A stretch of DNA of 63,977 nt, filler included, from Globobulimina sp. (GCA_003354225.1; 47 parts of 47 records of this genome joined end to end with filler, not necessarily neighbours in it); one strand, 5' to 3'. Shown: positions 13,033-24,995, counted from the whole stretch's first letter. Made by a program: numbers and translations. The notes: generated from the sequence alone by a model not told the origin.

Positions 13033-13640
13033 GGCAAATCGGCTGCTAATGTTTTGATGATGTTGACTTACAATGTTTCCGTGGGTTACGTGACTCGTTT
13101 CCTACAACAAAAATTAAATAATATACTGTGCGAAGACTATCATCTCTTAGAAGTCAGAACCCAACACAAAAAAACAAGAATATATATTAAAAATTAAATA
13201 AAATCTATATAAATATATATATTAAAACAAGAATATATATTAAGCAAACAATACATAACACACCAAAAACAATCTGAGAAACACATTAACATCACATTAA
13301 TAATAGAAACAGACACAAATGGTGACAACTACAGTAATTTATTACTACACTAAGACAACAGCAGCTAGCAACAAAATAAAACGTGTGATAATATCTCAAT
13401 ATATTTAAATAAAATAATTAATTTTTTGTGAATTTATGTTCACAAATTCCTAATTTTTATCATCATTATTCCTTTATAAAATAACCAAAATATATGTCCA
13501 ATATCCCATATATAGCTTGAATATGTGTGCAATTGAGACGNNNNNNNNNNNNNNNNNNNNNNNNNNNNNNNNNNNNNNNNNNNNTTAATTAATTAANNNN
13601 NNNNNNNNNNNNNNNNNNNNNNNNNNNNNNNNNNNNNNNN

Positions 13641-13946
13641 TCGATATCGACATTGCCTACATTATGCACTGTCTATGTCGACATTATAGCTACAATATGC
13701 ACTGTCGATGTCGTCATTGGCTGCATTATTCACTGCTGACGTCGACATTTGTTACATTATATACAGTCCGGCCATGACGACATTGGCTATGATACAGAAA
13801 AGACTGTCAATGTCCACATTCGCTACAGTATGCACTGTCGATATCGACGTTGGTTACACTGTGGGTGTCGAAATTGGTTACACACTCTCGACGTCGAAAT
13901 TGGCTACACACTGCCAATGTCGACATTGACTACAATATGCACTGTC
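13641..13946. repeat. Degenerate minisatellite, about 31-bp unit
   Basis: About 10 copies of a consensus near TCGATGTCGACATTGGCTACAATATGCACTG. Confidence 0.85.
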
Positions 13947-14261
13947 ATATTCATTAATTTGTTTGAATGTTAATTCAAAGGAAGTCGTTATTTCTTTGTT
14001 TTGAATAATATATTTGTAATAGCAATTTGTACATATTTGTCAATGCAAAGGGAATTTATTCATATAAAATTAAAGTAAAATAATAGAATAAAATGTTATG
14101 ACAAGCTTACAAAAAGGCTAGGCCAGATGTTTTTACAAATTTACTGATAACGAAAGACGGCCAGATCGATGATTAAAAATAAATTTTAAACAACTTGGCC
14201 AGATGACTAATCAGAATGCGAACTGACGGAAACACGAACGAACAGAAACATTTTGTATGAT

Positions 14262-14690
14262 CTATCGGATAGCCCACCCTTGTGCCGCCGCGATTGCGCG
14301 ACGGCAATAACGGTCCCAGTCAGCCTTCCAGTAGTTAAAAGTTTCGATTTTCGATTCCGGTAGATTGTTATTAATAGAGACATCAAAAGTGACCATAAAG
14401 TGATCAGAGGTGCCCAAATTTTCAATAACTTTAACATTACCAACAATATCTGGGTCATTACACAACAAGAGATCAAGTATATTGCCATTTAAATGAGTGG
14501 GCTCAGATATTATTTGAGTAAGGAAAGTGTCATTAACCGCAGCCATAAATTGATCACATTTACCCGGCCATTGAAATCTACTCCAATCAATTCCTAGAAA
14601 ATTGAAATCACCAACAATCAAAGTTGACCCTTTTTTGTTCATTGCATTAGCAGAGTAAATTAATTGTGCTAAACATTCGTCATTGACGGT
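14262..14690 (-). mobile_element. Non-LTR retrotransposon APE endonuclease fragment (CR1/L2/Jockey-like), truncated
   Basis: IVGDFNFLGIDW, EPTHLNGNILDLLL, LGTSDHFMV and NYWKADW are typical of LINE ORF2 endonuclease C-termini. No RT follows. Confidence 0.88.
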
Positions 14691-15004
14691 GTTTGAATTT
14701 CGCTCGAAAGTCACCCCGTTTACTGTAAACTCCGATGTTTGGCGTACACTGCCCACTTGCTTTGGAACTGTTGTATCAAGGGTTAACTGACTTGCTACCA
14801 AAAAGTTACTTGTATCAGCTGGGTCACCTAATTCAATCCTGGTGCGTGTTGTGTTTTCATCAAGTTTCTGGGTTAATGTGAGTAGATCGGAAATTGGGTC
14901 GTAGNNNNNNNNNNNNNNNNNNNNNNNNNNNNNNNNNNNNNNNNNNNNTTAATTAATTAANNNNNNNNNNNNNNNNNNNNNNNNNNNNNNNNNNNNNNNN
15001 NNNN

Positions 15005-15159
15005 TATAATGTCATTAACAAATTGTATTGCATAGCATTAATACTATACCAATCCATCAATTGATCTTGGATTGGTACCAATATATAACGATTTATAGGA
15101 TAGCAAATTGCATTTCCACATAAAATAAGACAAATTATCCAACGATACCATTGTTTCAT
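15005..15159 (-). CDS. Possible MFS transporter N-terminus (MFSD1-like), partial
   Basis: YRWIICLILCGNAICY...VPIQDQLMDWYSINAMQYNLLMTL resembles MFS TM1 and the start of TM2. Confidence 0.5.
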
Positions 15160-15485
15160 CGCTGCACAAGTACCTACGCACAATTTGTGGAAGAGACAAA
15201 ATACTGAATGACAAAGAGTCGTGTTGTATTATTTGATTTATTAGTGCGAGGACAGACAGACAAAGAAAAATCTTCAAAACACTAAGAAATCTTCTTCCCC
15301 CTCAACATCCAACCTCGATGTTAGCGGCGGCATTCCCTTGCCATTGAATCTAACTTTCTTACTCTTGCTTTTTTTACTACTTTTTGTACATCCATATTGA
15401 TGTTGTGAATGAGGCGCTAAATATTTTATTGATTTAATTTTTGTAATTGTATAATGATGATAATTCAAAAAAACTTTTGTACTAA

Positions 15486-16268
15486 ATGACGTATAACAAT
15501 AACATGTCTCACAGATACAGACATAAATCATACAGACAACCATCATCAGGGTATGATGACAATAACTATGATATAATATTATGGAATACAAGTTCACCAT
15601 CATTATTAATACAATCCATGCCGTTGATATCATCATATTCATCAAATTATGATAATGGCTTTCTAAAACATTTAAATTTTATCAATAAATTGATGACATG
15701 GTTGGAAAATGAGTGTGATATTTTTGACAAATCATTATTGAATGAGCCAAAATTTAATAGAGTCAAGAATGAAATGGATAACGTAAATAATTGTATTTTA
15801 AATGGATTAAAAGATTGCAATGACTTACTTGAAAACAATCAAATTTCGTACACCAATTATTCAAAATACAAAGCACGTTTACAAAATATTAAAAACCAAT
15901 TCAATGCAACAAATAAACAAATCAATCATTCCATCTACAAATTGAGCAGGAAATTTACCCAAAAAAATGCAAAAAAATCTTTACTGGAAAGCGCAAATAA
16001 AGCGTCATATGCTCAGGCCGACGAATACCAACATTTAAAATCATCCATTGGTGTAATTGACGATACATTGGAAATGATCAGAAATATTAAAACTGACATG
16101 TTTTATCAATCTGGTTTATTGAAAAAAACAAAAACACAGCTATTGAAATTCATAAATTTAACAGGCTTTTCTGGCTCAATTATACGTGTAATATCACAGA
16201 GATCGAAAGTCGATTTTTATATATTCATTGTTGGCTGTTTTCTAACATTAACCGTCATATTTGTGTTG
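15486..16268 (+). CDS. Golgi Qb-SNARE, membrin/GOSR2/Bos1-like
   Basis: Helical N-terminus, SNARE heptads with a central Q (DMFYQSGLLK), then GFSGSIIRVISQRSKVDFYIF and a C-terminal TM anchor. Confidence 0.82.
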
Positions 16269-16368
16269 NNNNNNNNNNNNNNNNNNNNNNNNNNNNNNNN
16301 NNNNNNNNNNNNTTAATTAATTAANNNNNNNNNNNNNNNNNNNNNNNNNNNNNNNNNNNNNNNNNNNN

Positions 16369-16673
16369 CCGCCGTCTTCCCCAATATGTTTTGTAACTTG
16401 ATACCTTTTTTCAATTTGTTCTATAAGTTGTTTAAAGTTGATCGCTTCTGCTAGATAATAAACAGAAGAAGCCGTATAGATGTTATTTTCGATATCTAAA
16501 TGAATTATTTTAGGTTCAATTTTGGTCTTGTTATCAGTATCATTTTCTTCAAGAAGACTGACACTTTCACTTGTGGATCTGCCTAATACATCTGTATTAA
16601 AAAAATGTATATCCGCTGATTGGGCTGATGTTGCAAAGCCCATTATCAACAGGAGAGTTAAAATCGCTCTCAC
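16369..16673 (-). CDS. Bacterial secreted hypothetical protein, probable integron gene cassette, 3'-partial
   Basis: GTG start with a strong RBS (AGGAGG) just upstream and a Sec signal peptide (MRAILTLLLIMGFATSAQSA). GTTAGGC lies immediately 5' of the RBS. Confidence 0.75.
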
Positions 16674-16687
16674 ATTTTCCTCCTATT

Positions 16688-16706
16688 GCCTAACATGTAA
16701 TCATGA
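16688..16706 (-). other. Putative integron recombination site (GTTRRRY core, attI-like)
   Basis: The minus strand reads CTCATGATTACAT-GTTAGGC-AAT-AGGAGG-AAAAT-GTG. No matching RYYYAAC lies within about 150 bp upstream, so it looks more like attI than attC. Confidence 0.5.
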
Positions 16707-16707
16707 G

Positions 16708-17131
16708 CTGTTTTAACCATGATCAAGATTTCAAAATCTGATCATTTTTCTGATTATTGCCCATAATATTAATTAATTAAAATTAAAAAAGTTCATGATT
16801 GAAATGCAGAAAACGATCTAAACGGGTGCACTCCAATCATGTCGCTTCGATCGAATATTACAAATATGATAAATTCATTTAATAAATTTTTACTAAATAA
16901 AATCAGTAATTTCAAGTAAAATTGCAACATGATTGAAATGTAGAAAACTGTCAAAACAGGTGCCATATTGTAATATGGTGTCTGTTTAGGCAGATTATTA
17001 CAAATACTATTTTGATGAATTTAAATATAAAATCAGTACGTTTTGCATCATTTCGCCCATGATTGAAACGGAGAAAACTGCCTGTTTTAACCTGTATAAC
17101 CAATAATGCACCTATACAGCCGGATTATTGA
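16708..17131. repeat. Array of about 130-bp degenerate units with conserved boxes and internal hairpins
   Basis: CATGATTGAAAyGnAGAAAAC at 16794, 16928 and 17058, each followed by a hairpin and GAwTATT. A partial fourth unit lies at about 16708-16759. Confidence 0.8.
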
Positions 17132-17495
17132 ACAGATAAAAACAGGTTTTTGAGTTTAAATTACAATTGAAAACAGGCGGTTATGTCGGCTATTGTTTGA
17201 ATATCGAATTGTTAATATTAATATAGGATAATATAGGGGTCGGACCAAGCAAAACTTTATAACCAACTGTTAACATGAATAAAAAAATCTAATCTTGCAA
17301 AAAACTGCTCTTAGAAGGGGCATTGTAATATAAAAATGAGCTGTTTAAGAAATGATGCTTTTATGGTTAATCCGTTAAAGATACCATTTCACCCTTAAAA
17401 TGATGCCTCTATGAGGCCAAAGTGAAATAAGTTAACCTGGTTATCCACTTCGATTAAGTTGGTTTGAAATTCGTTAATTACCCGTTAAAATGCCA

Positions 17496-17583
17496 CTGGA
17501 TTCCCGACTTCTCGGGAATGACAAAACGTTTAATTGTCGCCAATGGACACGAGGTCGTCATACCCACGAAGGTGGGTATCCAG
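17496..17583. repeat. Inverted pair of REP-like palindromes (GTCATTCCC-N-GGGAATCCAG type, dRS3/RPE-like)
   Basis: CTGGATTCCCGACTTCTCGGGAATGAC at 17496-17522 and GTCATACCCACGAAGGTGGGTATCCAG at 17557-17583. Confidence 0.85.
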
Positions 17584-17733
17584 GAAAATAAACGATGGTC
17601 ACAAAACTCAAATATATTAACTTAAATAAAGTNNNNNNNNNNNNNNNNNNNNNNNNNNNNNNNNNNNNNNNNNNNNTTAATTAATTAANNNNNNNNNNNN
17701 NNNNNNNNNNNNNNNNNNNNNNNNNNNNNNNNA

Positions 17734-18099
17734 ACAGCAAGCCCGACAACAGCAAGTCCGACAACAGCAAGTCCGACAGCTCTTTATGTTGCAATTGTTA
17801 GCTCGAGTGATGAAGAAAGTGTTTCAGTTTCAGCGTCAGCCTCAGCCTCAGGTGATGATGATAGTGATAGTGTTGATGCCGCTTTATTAGTTGGACAAAA
17901 TCAAATGAGTCAAGAATCTTATTCCTTAATACCAAAGAACGGCAATAAAGATGATCATACTACCAATGTAACATTGACATTGACATTAAGTGGATTTACT
18001 GTTTGGTTTATATTTGGAGTTATTGTGATTGTTACTGTTTGTATCGTTGCTATATTTTGCAATGTATACAGATCATCTACAAAATATGAAATTAATTGA
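17734..18099 (+). CDS. Type I membrane protein C-terminus with TASPT (PT) repeats, 5'-partial
   Basis: In-frame TASPT x3, a Ser/Asp-rich stalk, one TM helix and a short tail. Confidence 0.75.
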   Translation, partial: TASPTTASPTTASPTALYVAIVSSSDEESVSVSASASASGDDDSDSVDAALLVGQNQMSQESYSLIPKNGNKDDHTTNVTLTLTLSGFTVWFIFGVIVIVTVCIVAIFCNVYRSSTKYEIN

Positions 18100-18271
18100 T
18101 AATTTTTGTTTTGTGTAATGTGTTTGTTAATTTATTTTTTTCATTAGCTATTATTTTTTTTTAGTAACAATTTGGTTCATCCTTAATTCATTAAATTCAA
18201 AACGAGATGTTTTGGTTTATTTTATTAGTATAATTAAAACTTTTTTTCTTTTTCACTAACACCTAATAAAT

Positions 18272-18996
18272 ATGACTACGACACCATACAAACAGCACAG
18301 CATATCAACCAACTCATTAACGTCGCCAGCACTTTCAATAACTAGTACTGATGGATACGAACAAGTGCATAAAATATACGAAGAAATATTTGGAATTCAA
18401 TCAATATCAAAATTAAATTATCAATACATAGCATCCGGACAATTATTAACTGATTTCCATCAAAGGATAACTAATAATAATAATAACGACAATATAGACA
18501 CCAAAACAAATGAAGAAAAATTAGACGAAGTAATGGAAATTATCGATTATAATAAAAAAGACACTACCGATCAACAAAAAAAGAATACAGATATTTGGAA
18601 GATATTATTACCGGAATATCACACAAATAATAAGGATATGATGATTGAATGGCATCGATTACTTCAGGTCTTTCGCATTGTAAAATATTATTTTAATTCC
18701 AACTCGAACAGCAACACATTGTCATCAACGCCGCAGTCTGATGACGACCCCCATTCAATGACCTTCACTAATTCGGATGACAACAACTCAATGAAATCAA
18801 ATCTAAATATTAATATTCCAGATCACGACAATCCGATTGCCATTGCCTTGACTTCTTTCACTCCGCCAAACAACATTATCAATAATTTATCGCAAACTTC
18901 CTTTCTGACCCAACAAAACCACAACAAACAACACCAAGCCTTCCATACTCTAAAATTTCGGCAAATACATTTTAACTCAAATATAAATAGTAACAC
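18272..18996 (+). CDS. Hypothetical Asn/Ser/Thr-rich protein, 3'-partial
   Basis: ATG-initiated open frame of more than 240 aa. Confidence 0.55.
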
Positions 18997-19254
18997 NNNN
19001 NNNNNNNNNNNNNNNNNNNNNNNNNNNNNNNNNNNNNNNNTTAATTAATTAANNNNNNNNNNNNNNNNNNNNNNNNNNNNNNNNNNNNNNNNNNNNTATA
19101 ATTTATAAAAATTACAAAAAAAAATGTAAAAAATAAAAAAATAAAAAAAATAATTTAAAAATAAATGAATAAAGAAAAAAAAAACAGCAAAAAAGGCTGC
19201 AAAGAAAGTAGAGAATTAATACTTTCAATTAGCACAGATAATGTCCGCCAAAAA

Positions 19255-20052
19255 CTAATTAACAATTTGCACATAATACGCATTATCATAACATTTGATA
19301 GTAATTACATTATTAATATGTGGATCCACTCTTATTTTTCTTTTTTTAGCTTCACCATTTTGTACAAATATAATTTCTCCCTTATACTGGTCATATTTAA
19401 TGAAAATATCGTCTTTTTTTTTAAATGCAGCAGCAAATGATTGGAATTTCACATTATCACCGCCATAAGTTACACAATATCCATATCCATAATATCTATG
19501 TTTATATCCTCTCTCTTTAAAGATATAATTATATGTTTGAGAATATGTAGTATGTACACGAGAGACAAACAATATTTTAACGGAATGTGAATTTTGGATT
19601 TGTCATTTAATTTTACAGTTGGATTTGTGTACATTTTTATCATACTCAATTATTCTCAAACATATCAAACTAAATATATATATTATATATATAATACCTA
19701 ATAAGTTTGCACCACAAATTCCAAATACAATGCAAATATGTTCATTTTCATTTTCATTGTAATCTGCAGAAATATCAGAATCGATTGGTTCAATACAGAG
19801 CTTCCATGACATGTCATGTATAGCGGCCGCGGTATTATTGAGAGTGCAAATAGTCCCTAACGGCGATGTAGAGCAACACGACGGGATTGATATCACCGTA
19901 TTATCGTAAGACACAAACTTATCAGACATTGATACGGTTGACACTGCCGACGTGTTGCTGGTGTTTGAAATTTGCGATAATGAGCGAATGGAATTTGATC
20001 GTGATATTGGATTTGTGTCCGGTGTTTTTGGAACAGGTTCTGGTGGTTTTAG
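19255..20052 (-). CDS. SPRY/B30.2-like eukaryotic protein, spliced, 5'-truncated
   Basis: Segments SWKLCIE...IVFGIC and GYCVTYGG...FKKKDDIFIKYDQYKGEIIFVQNG resemble degenerate SPRY folds. An AT-rich intron separates them. Confidence 0.45.
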
Positions 20053-20360
20053 CTTTTTTACGTCCACATTGGAGCGCGAGGCTCAACGCGCAAGCTCTTT
20101 GAGACAGCCGCGGATGGGGCGAATATAGACGGGCCTGTGTTTCATAACAATATGCTCTACCTTGCACCAACGTCGGCCAAGCTGGATGAGGCCCGGCGTA
20201 CTCTGCACAACGTCCTTGGGGGTGAGGGGTGTTACGTCCCACCGCGCATGTCGACGCCTGGACAGTTATCAAAAAACCTGGCTACGTCATATGGGGGAAA
20301 GGTGGTGATTCCCGGAACGCTTGTGCCGATTTTGATGCTTGGACTCATGGAGGGCCATCC
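20053..20360 (+). CDS. Bacterial gene fragment, possibly the N-terminus of an AddB-like PD-(D/E)XK helicase/nuclease subunit
   Basis: Abrupt shift to GC-rich sequence. The frame reads FYVHIGARGSTRKLF...MLYLAPTSAKLDEARR...YVPPRMSTPGQLSK, like degenerate UvrD/AddB motifs I, Ia and Ib. Confidence 0.5.
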
Positions 20361-20461
20361 NNNNNNNNNNNNNNNNNNNNNNNNNNNNNNNNNNNNNNNN
20401 NNNNTTAATTAATTAANNNNNNNNNNNNNNNNNNNNNNNNNNNNNNNNNNNNNNNNNNNNA

Positions 20462-21724
20462 GAATTGCAACAAATTCAGGACTGCGTTGACAATTACCAG
20501 ATCAAAGTTTGGTCAAAAGACAAATTTTTTGCCAATGTCTTCCGTGGCCCACAGCGTGACAAGGTCATCCATTTGCTTCATGCAGATAACCACTACGATT
20601 TGCTTACAAGCATGACTCCATTTTTTCGATCGGTTTACTGGTGTGAAAGTTGTGAGACACACTATGACCACTTGCTGGACCATACGTGTGAGCGTGTCTG
20701 CCCTGCTTGTAAAGGTCACGAGGAGTGTACTTTTCAACCAGGTCAATGGCTGTGCCCTCAATGTAACCGTGTTTTTCGAAGCCAAAAATGTTTTGACAGA
20801 CATGTCACTGGTATAGCAGGACGTCAAAAGCGACAGAAAATTATTCCTACTTGTCAAAAATTGCAACGTTGTAAAACATGCAATCAACTGATACGAAAAT
20901 GGAAAGGCGAGAAGCATTTATGTGGTCATCATTATTGTGGAAGTTGTCAGGCACTTGTTAAATCAGTCAAAAATCACCTTTGCTTTATGTCCAAAATCGA
21001 TCCCAGTCGAAAATTGAAATGGAAACCACATTTCATATTTTTTGACTTTGAAACTGTGCAAAACAAAAAAATTGGGGTTAATGAGAATGGTCCGATTTTT
21101 GTCCATCAACCAAACTGTTGTGTTTCGTGGAAAGTGTGCAATAAATGCTGGAAAACTCCAGAGAGTTCATGCAAAAATTGTGGCAGTAATAAAACAAAGG
21201 TTTTCCTTGGCTTTAAATGTGCAGATGACTTTTGCAGATACTTGTTTAGTAAAGAACATGTAGGATGGACTGCTATGGCACACAATGCTTCAGGGTACGA
21301 TTCCCAATTTTTGTTGGACTATGCACATCGTCAGGGAGACAAACCTGTTTTAATGTCAAAAGGATTGTCAATATTACAATTGGAACTGGATGGAATCAGA
21401 GTAATAGATAGTTTAAAGTTTCTAAACATGGCTTTGGCCAATACCACCAAAGCTTTTGGTCTTAGCTGTGGGTCAAAAGGTTATTTCCCACACTTTGCCA
21501 ATACTTTTCAACTTGAATACATTGGCGCCATGCCTCCGCCTGAAATGTATGGTTTGGACAACATGAACGACAAATCGAAAGCAGCATTCATGCAGTGGTA
21601 CAGTGAAGAGCAGAAAAAGGGTAAACAATTTGTACTAAAGGACGAATTGGTGAAATATTGCAAGCAGGATGTCCTATTGTTAATGGAAGCCTCAATGACT
21701 TTTAGGGATCAGTTTATGCAAATG
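20462..21724 (+). mobile_element. Polinton/Maverick (adintovirus-like) protein-primed DNA polymerase B, internal fragment
   Basis: Cys/His-rich region, then ExoI FFDFET, ExoII AHNASGYDSQFL, IDSLKFL, KGYFPH, and ExoIII YCKQDV. Confidence 0.93.
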
Positions 21725-22126
21725 NNNNNNNNNNNNNNNNNNNNNNNNNNNNNNNNNNNNNNNNNNNNTTAATTAATTAANNNNNNNNNNNNNNNNNNNN
21801 NNNNNNNNNNNNNNNNNNNNNNNNTTTAGTAGTACCTAGATGTTAATGTGGTTATTTGTTTTCTCAGTTGGTATTAGTGCATGTAACGTGTTACTAATTA
21901 TTTTGAAAACATGTATTAATTGGAGTCATTCGTATAAATGCGGTGATGATTCAAATAAACGGAACAAATATGGATGTTGTACATGTGATAATTCATAAAC
22001 AAGAGTTTCATTCTTACTAAAAAATAATTTACGTTTTTCTGATTCTCTCCGGCTCGCTCCTAAACGATGACTTTTGATCCACAAATTCTATAATTAGGAC
22101 AAAGTTTTTTGTACAATACTTCAAAC

Positions 22127-22864
22127 ATGGCATTCAACCGGACATACGGTCATTTATTGCCTGAACTTGCTGAGAAAATGGGTATCAATAAAAGACTGAA
22201 TAATGATACGCCGCATCATAAAATGGAAGAATTATTAATGATGGAAATCCAATATGATGAAAATTGGGGAATCTCAGATCCAAAAGAAATGGAAATGTGG
22301 AGTAAACATTTTGGAAATGGTAACTTTGCCATTAAAACAGAGCATTTTACAGAATATAAGTTATTGGAGAATGATCATTTCAAGTTATCGATTGAATACA
22401 TTTCGAAGGAGGTATCGCATTTATTATTAATGACAAAAGGATATCAAACAATTTCAAGAGCCATTGTGGTGGATAAAATTAAAATTAATCAGTTGAGGAT
22501 TAGCAAATCTCTCTTAATCAATGGATATGCGCGGACAAATAATAAACAATCATTTGCTTCGAATTCATTTCCTAAAGTGATTCAAGATATTATTTTAAGA
22601 TTTTATTTTATGATTCCATGTAACAGTAACACCGAAAAAGAAAAGTATATGAGAAAATTTCTTATTTCTTATGGGCCATGTTCTGGCAGCAGCGTTGTTA
22701 AAGAAATTGGACCAGAAACGGAAAGTACTCGCATAAATTCAAATAATTGTGGATGGGGAAGAATTGGTATGACACAATTTGGTGTTATTATACAAAACGA
22801 ATTACAAACAACATTTAAGGGACTATATGAGGATAAGTTAAACCAATTGCAAGCAAACCCGTAA
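22127..22864 (+). CDS. Hypothetical protein
   Basis: Complete-looking 245-aa ORF containing LLINGYAR...FPKVIQDIILRFY, a BC/SOCS-box-like motif I associate with foraminiferan proteins. Confidence 0.6.
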   Translation: MAFNRTYGHLLPELAEKMGINKRLNNDTPHHKMEELLMMEIQYDENWGISDPKEMEMWSKHFGNGNFAIKTEHFTEYKLLENDHFKLSIEYISKEVSHLLLMTKGYQTISRAIVVDKIKINQLRISKSLLINGYARTNNKQSFASNSFPKVIQDIILRFYFMIPCNSNTEKEKYMRKFLISYGPCSGSSVVKEIGPETESTRINSNNCGWGRIGMTQFGVIIQNELQTTFKGLYEDKLNQLQANP

Positions 22865-23188
22865 AATTAAATGTATTTTATTACCCAGAAAACTACTTTT
22901 AAACGTTTTTTTGAAGTGTTCTAAAAAAACCACAAAAACCGTTTTCATAATGTCAAGCTGTGCAAGAGGTATTTGAAACATCCGTTTGAACAAAAAATAA
23001 AATCAAAAAAAAAACGACGACAATTTATGGCACAAAGTTCATGTACGTATATTTGATGAAGTTTTTTTTTTGAATGCTTAATTCATTANNNNNNNNNNNN
23101 NNNNNNNNNNNNNNNNNNNNNNNNNNNNNNNNTTAATTAATTAANNNNNNNNNNNNNNNNNNNNNNNNNNNNNNNNNNNNNNNNNNNN

Positions 23189-24452
23189 GCGAACCAGGCC
23201 CTGATTTGTTATATTTCTGCCGAAAGAAATGGGACAATAAATATATTAATCCATTCATCACGTTATTCACTAATGAGATTCGTTTAAAACTATCAATTTC
23301 AATGAATGAGGGCAATATATCTATTATATCAGCAATGCAGTTCTTTTTATCTGTCTTTGCTGTTTTATTCATTATATTTGCGGGGAATATATCTGTTAAT
23401 AAATAGTTTAATGTATGGCTTATTTTATCAATCATTGCATTATATTTCTTCTCGTTATTGCATAGCACAATTATTATATCTGTATTTGTTGTATATAATT
23501 AGTGATTAAACAGCGTAGAAACACATAGAAACACATACTGTTGGCAATGGAGGTAATTTTATGATTATTACTGATTAAACAACGAAAACATATTTTATTT
23601 ATGTGTCCAATGTTTAGTTTGGAATTTAATGACTTATTATTTGATAATAACCGATATAAAATAACCAATACGTTTTCTAATAATTTACCGCCACAATTTA
23701 ATGATTTATTTTTGTTTAATACAATTTCAATTAAAATATTTTGCAAAAAGCGTGCGAATTTGGAGGAAATTTGGGTTGATAATTGATATGAACTCGAATT
23801 GGTTTCAAAGCGTGAATATTGAATGAGAAAATATAATGTTTCAAAACAACGAGTTCGCAAAATGGGATTATAAAAAATTAATTCGTTTTCGGTTAAATCT
23901 AAGATAACATTGCAATGTTTGCTCCATTGCGGATATCCAGACGTTATAATTCGATACGTTGTGGATAATAAACATAACGACGACCAAATTCTATTCAAAT
24001 CGAGGCAATTTGCTTCCCCTTTTTTATTTTTATGTTTATTCTTGTTTTTATTTTTATTTTTATTTTCTGAATCATCAAATGATATAAAATCTGGGTCCTC
24101 TTCCTCCTCTACTTTCTCATCATTTTTATGGACAACGAGTAATTTTGTTAAATACTTCATCCATTTTTTAACAGATTGTTGTCTGTGTGGTATTGAACCA
24201 GATGATTTGAGTAATAATCGACAAACCATTGGTGTCTGCGATATTAATAATTCCTCCGGAAATCCACATACTGTCTCAACAAGTTTAGGAAGTGACATGC
24301 AAGCAACAAAGTTTTTTTTTAAGTTAGGTATCGATATCTTTTGCGTCAGCATCGTTGCGTTTTTTGTTTTCATCCGCTAATATTTGATCCCTTACTTTAG
24401 TAATAGCAATTCCTAACAGATTCTGTCCATTCCACGTTTTTCCATCATCACA
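23189..24452 (-). CDS. HEAT/alpha-solenoid protein fragment, spliced (weak resemblance to the Rif1 N-terminus)
   Basis: Leu-rich helical ORFs of 299 aa and about 95 aa, joinable by a short intron near 23475-23517. Confidence 0.5.
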
Positions 24453-24552
24453 NNNNNNNNNNNNNNNNNNNNNNNNNNNNNNNNNNNNNNNNNNNNTTAA
24501 TTAATTAANNNNNNNNNNNNNNNNNNNNNNNNNNNNNNNNNNNNNNNNNNNN

Positions 24553-24744
24553 CATAACATAGCTCATTATACCAATTATAAATGGGTTTGGTTGGAAGTA
24601 ATACCAATAACCGACTGATACTGCAAACAAACAGATAAATACATGTTCAACTGATACAATTTTCAATTGTTTGAATTCAAATGTATTATTTGTTAGATTG
24701 GCTGTTTCTTCTGCTACATTATTTGCTGGTTGTAATTTTGACAT
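24553..24744 (-). CDS. Membrane protein N-terminus, partial
   Basis: ATG start and two hydrophobic segments running into the contig end. Confidence 0.45.
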
Positions 24745-24995
24745 GTTGGCTAAGCAAAATGAAGGTATTTGATGACTAGGTCACTTCGAGAAAACTTCAA
24801 TATCTAAAATATCACGACTGGAATTAGAAATATTTGTAAGAAATTCAATTCATTGTTACTCACAAAAAAAACACACACAACAATAAAAAGAATATATTTG
24901 CACTCAATCAATCAAACAAACAAAAATATCTAGTTTAAAACAAGCAGTTACTAAAACTGTTGCTTTATATATAATTACTAATTTAATATATAAGA

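Noticed and set aside
13641-13946. About 31-bp repeats as a CRISPR array
   Set aside because: The units are head-to-tail and degenerate, with no unique spacers or cas genes, and sit next to a LINE fragment.
16794-17131. The 130-bp array as CRISPR
   Set aside because: The conserved box is only about 21 nt and imperfect. The intervening segments are about 110 bp and partly homologous to each other.
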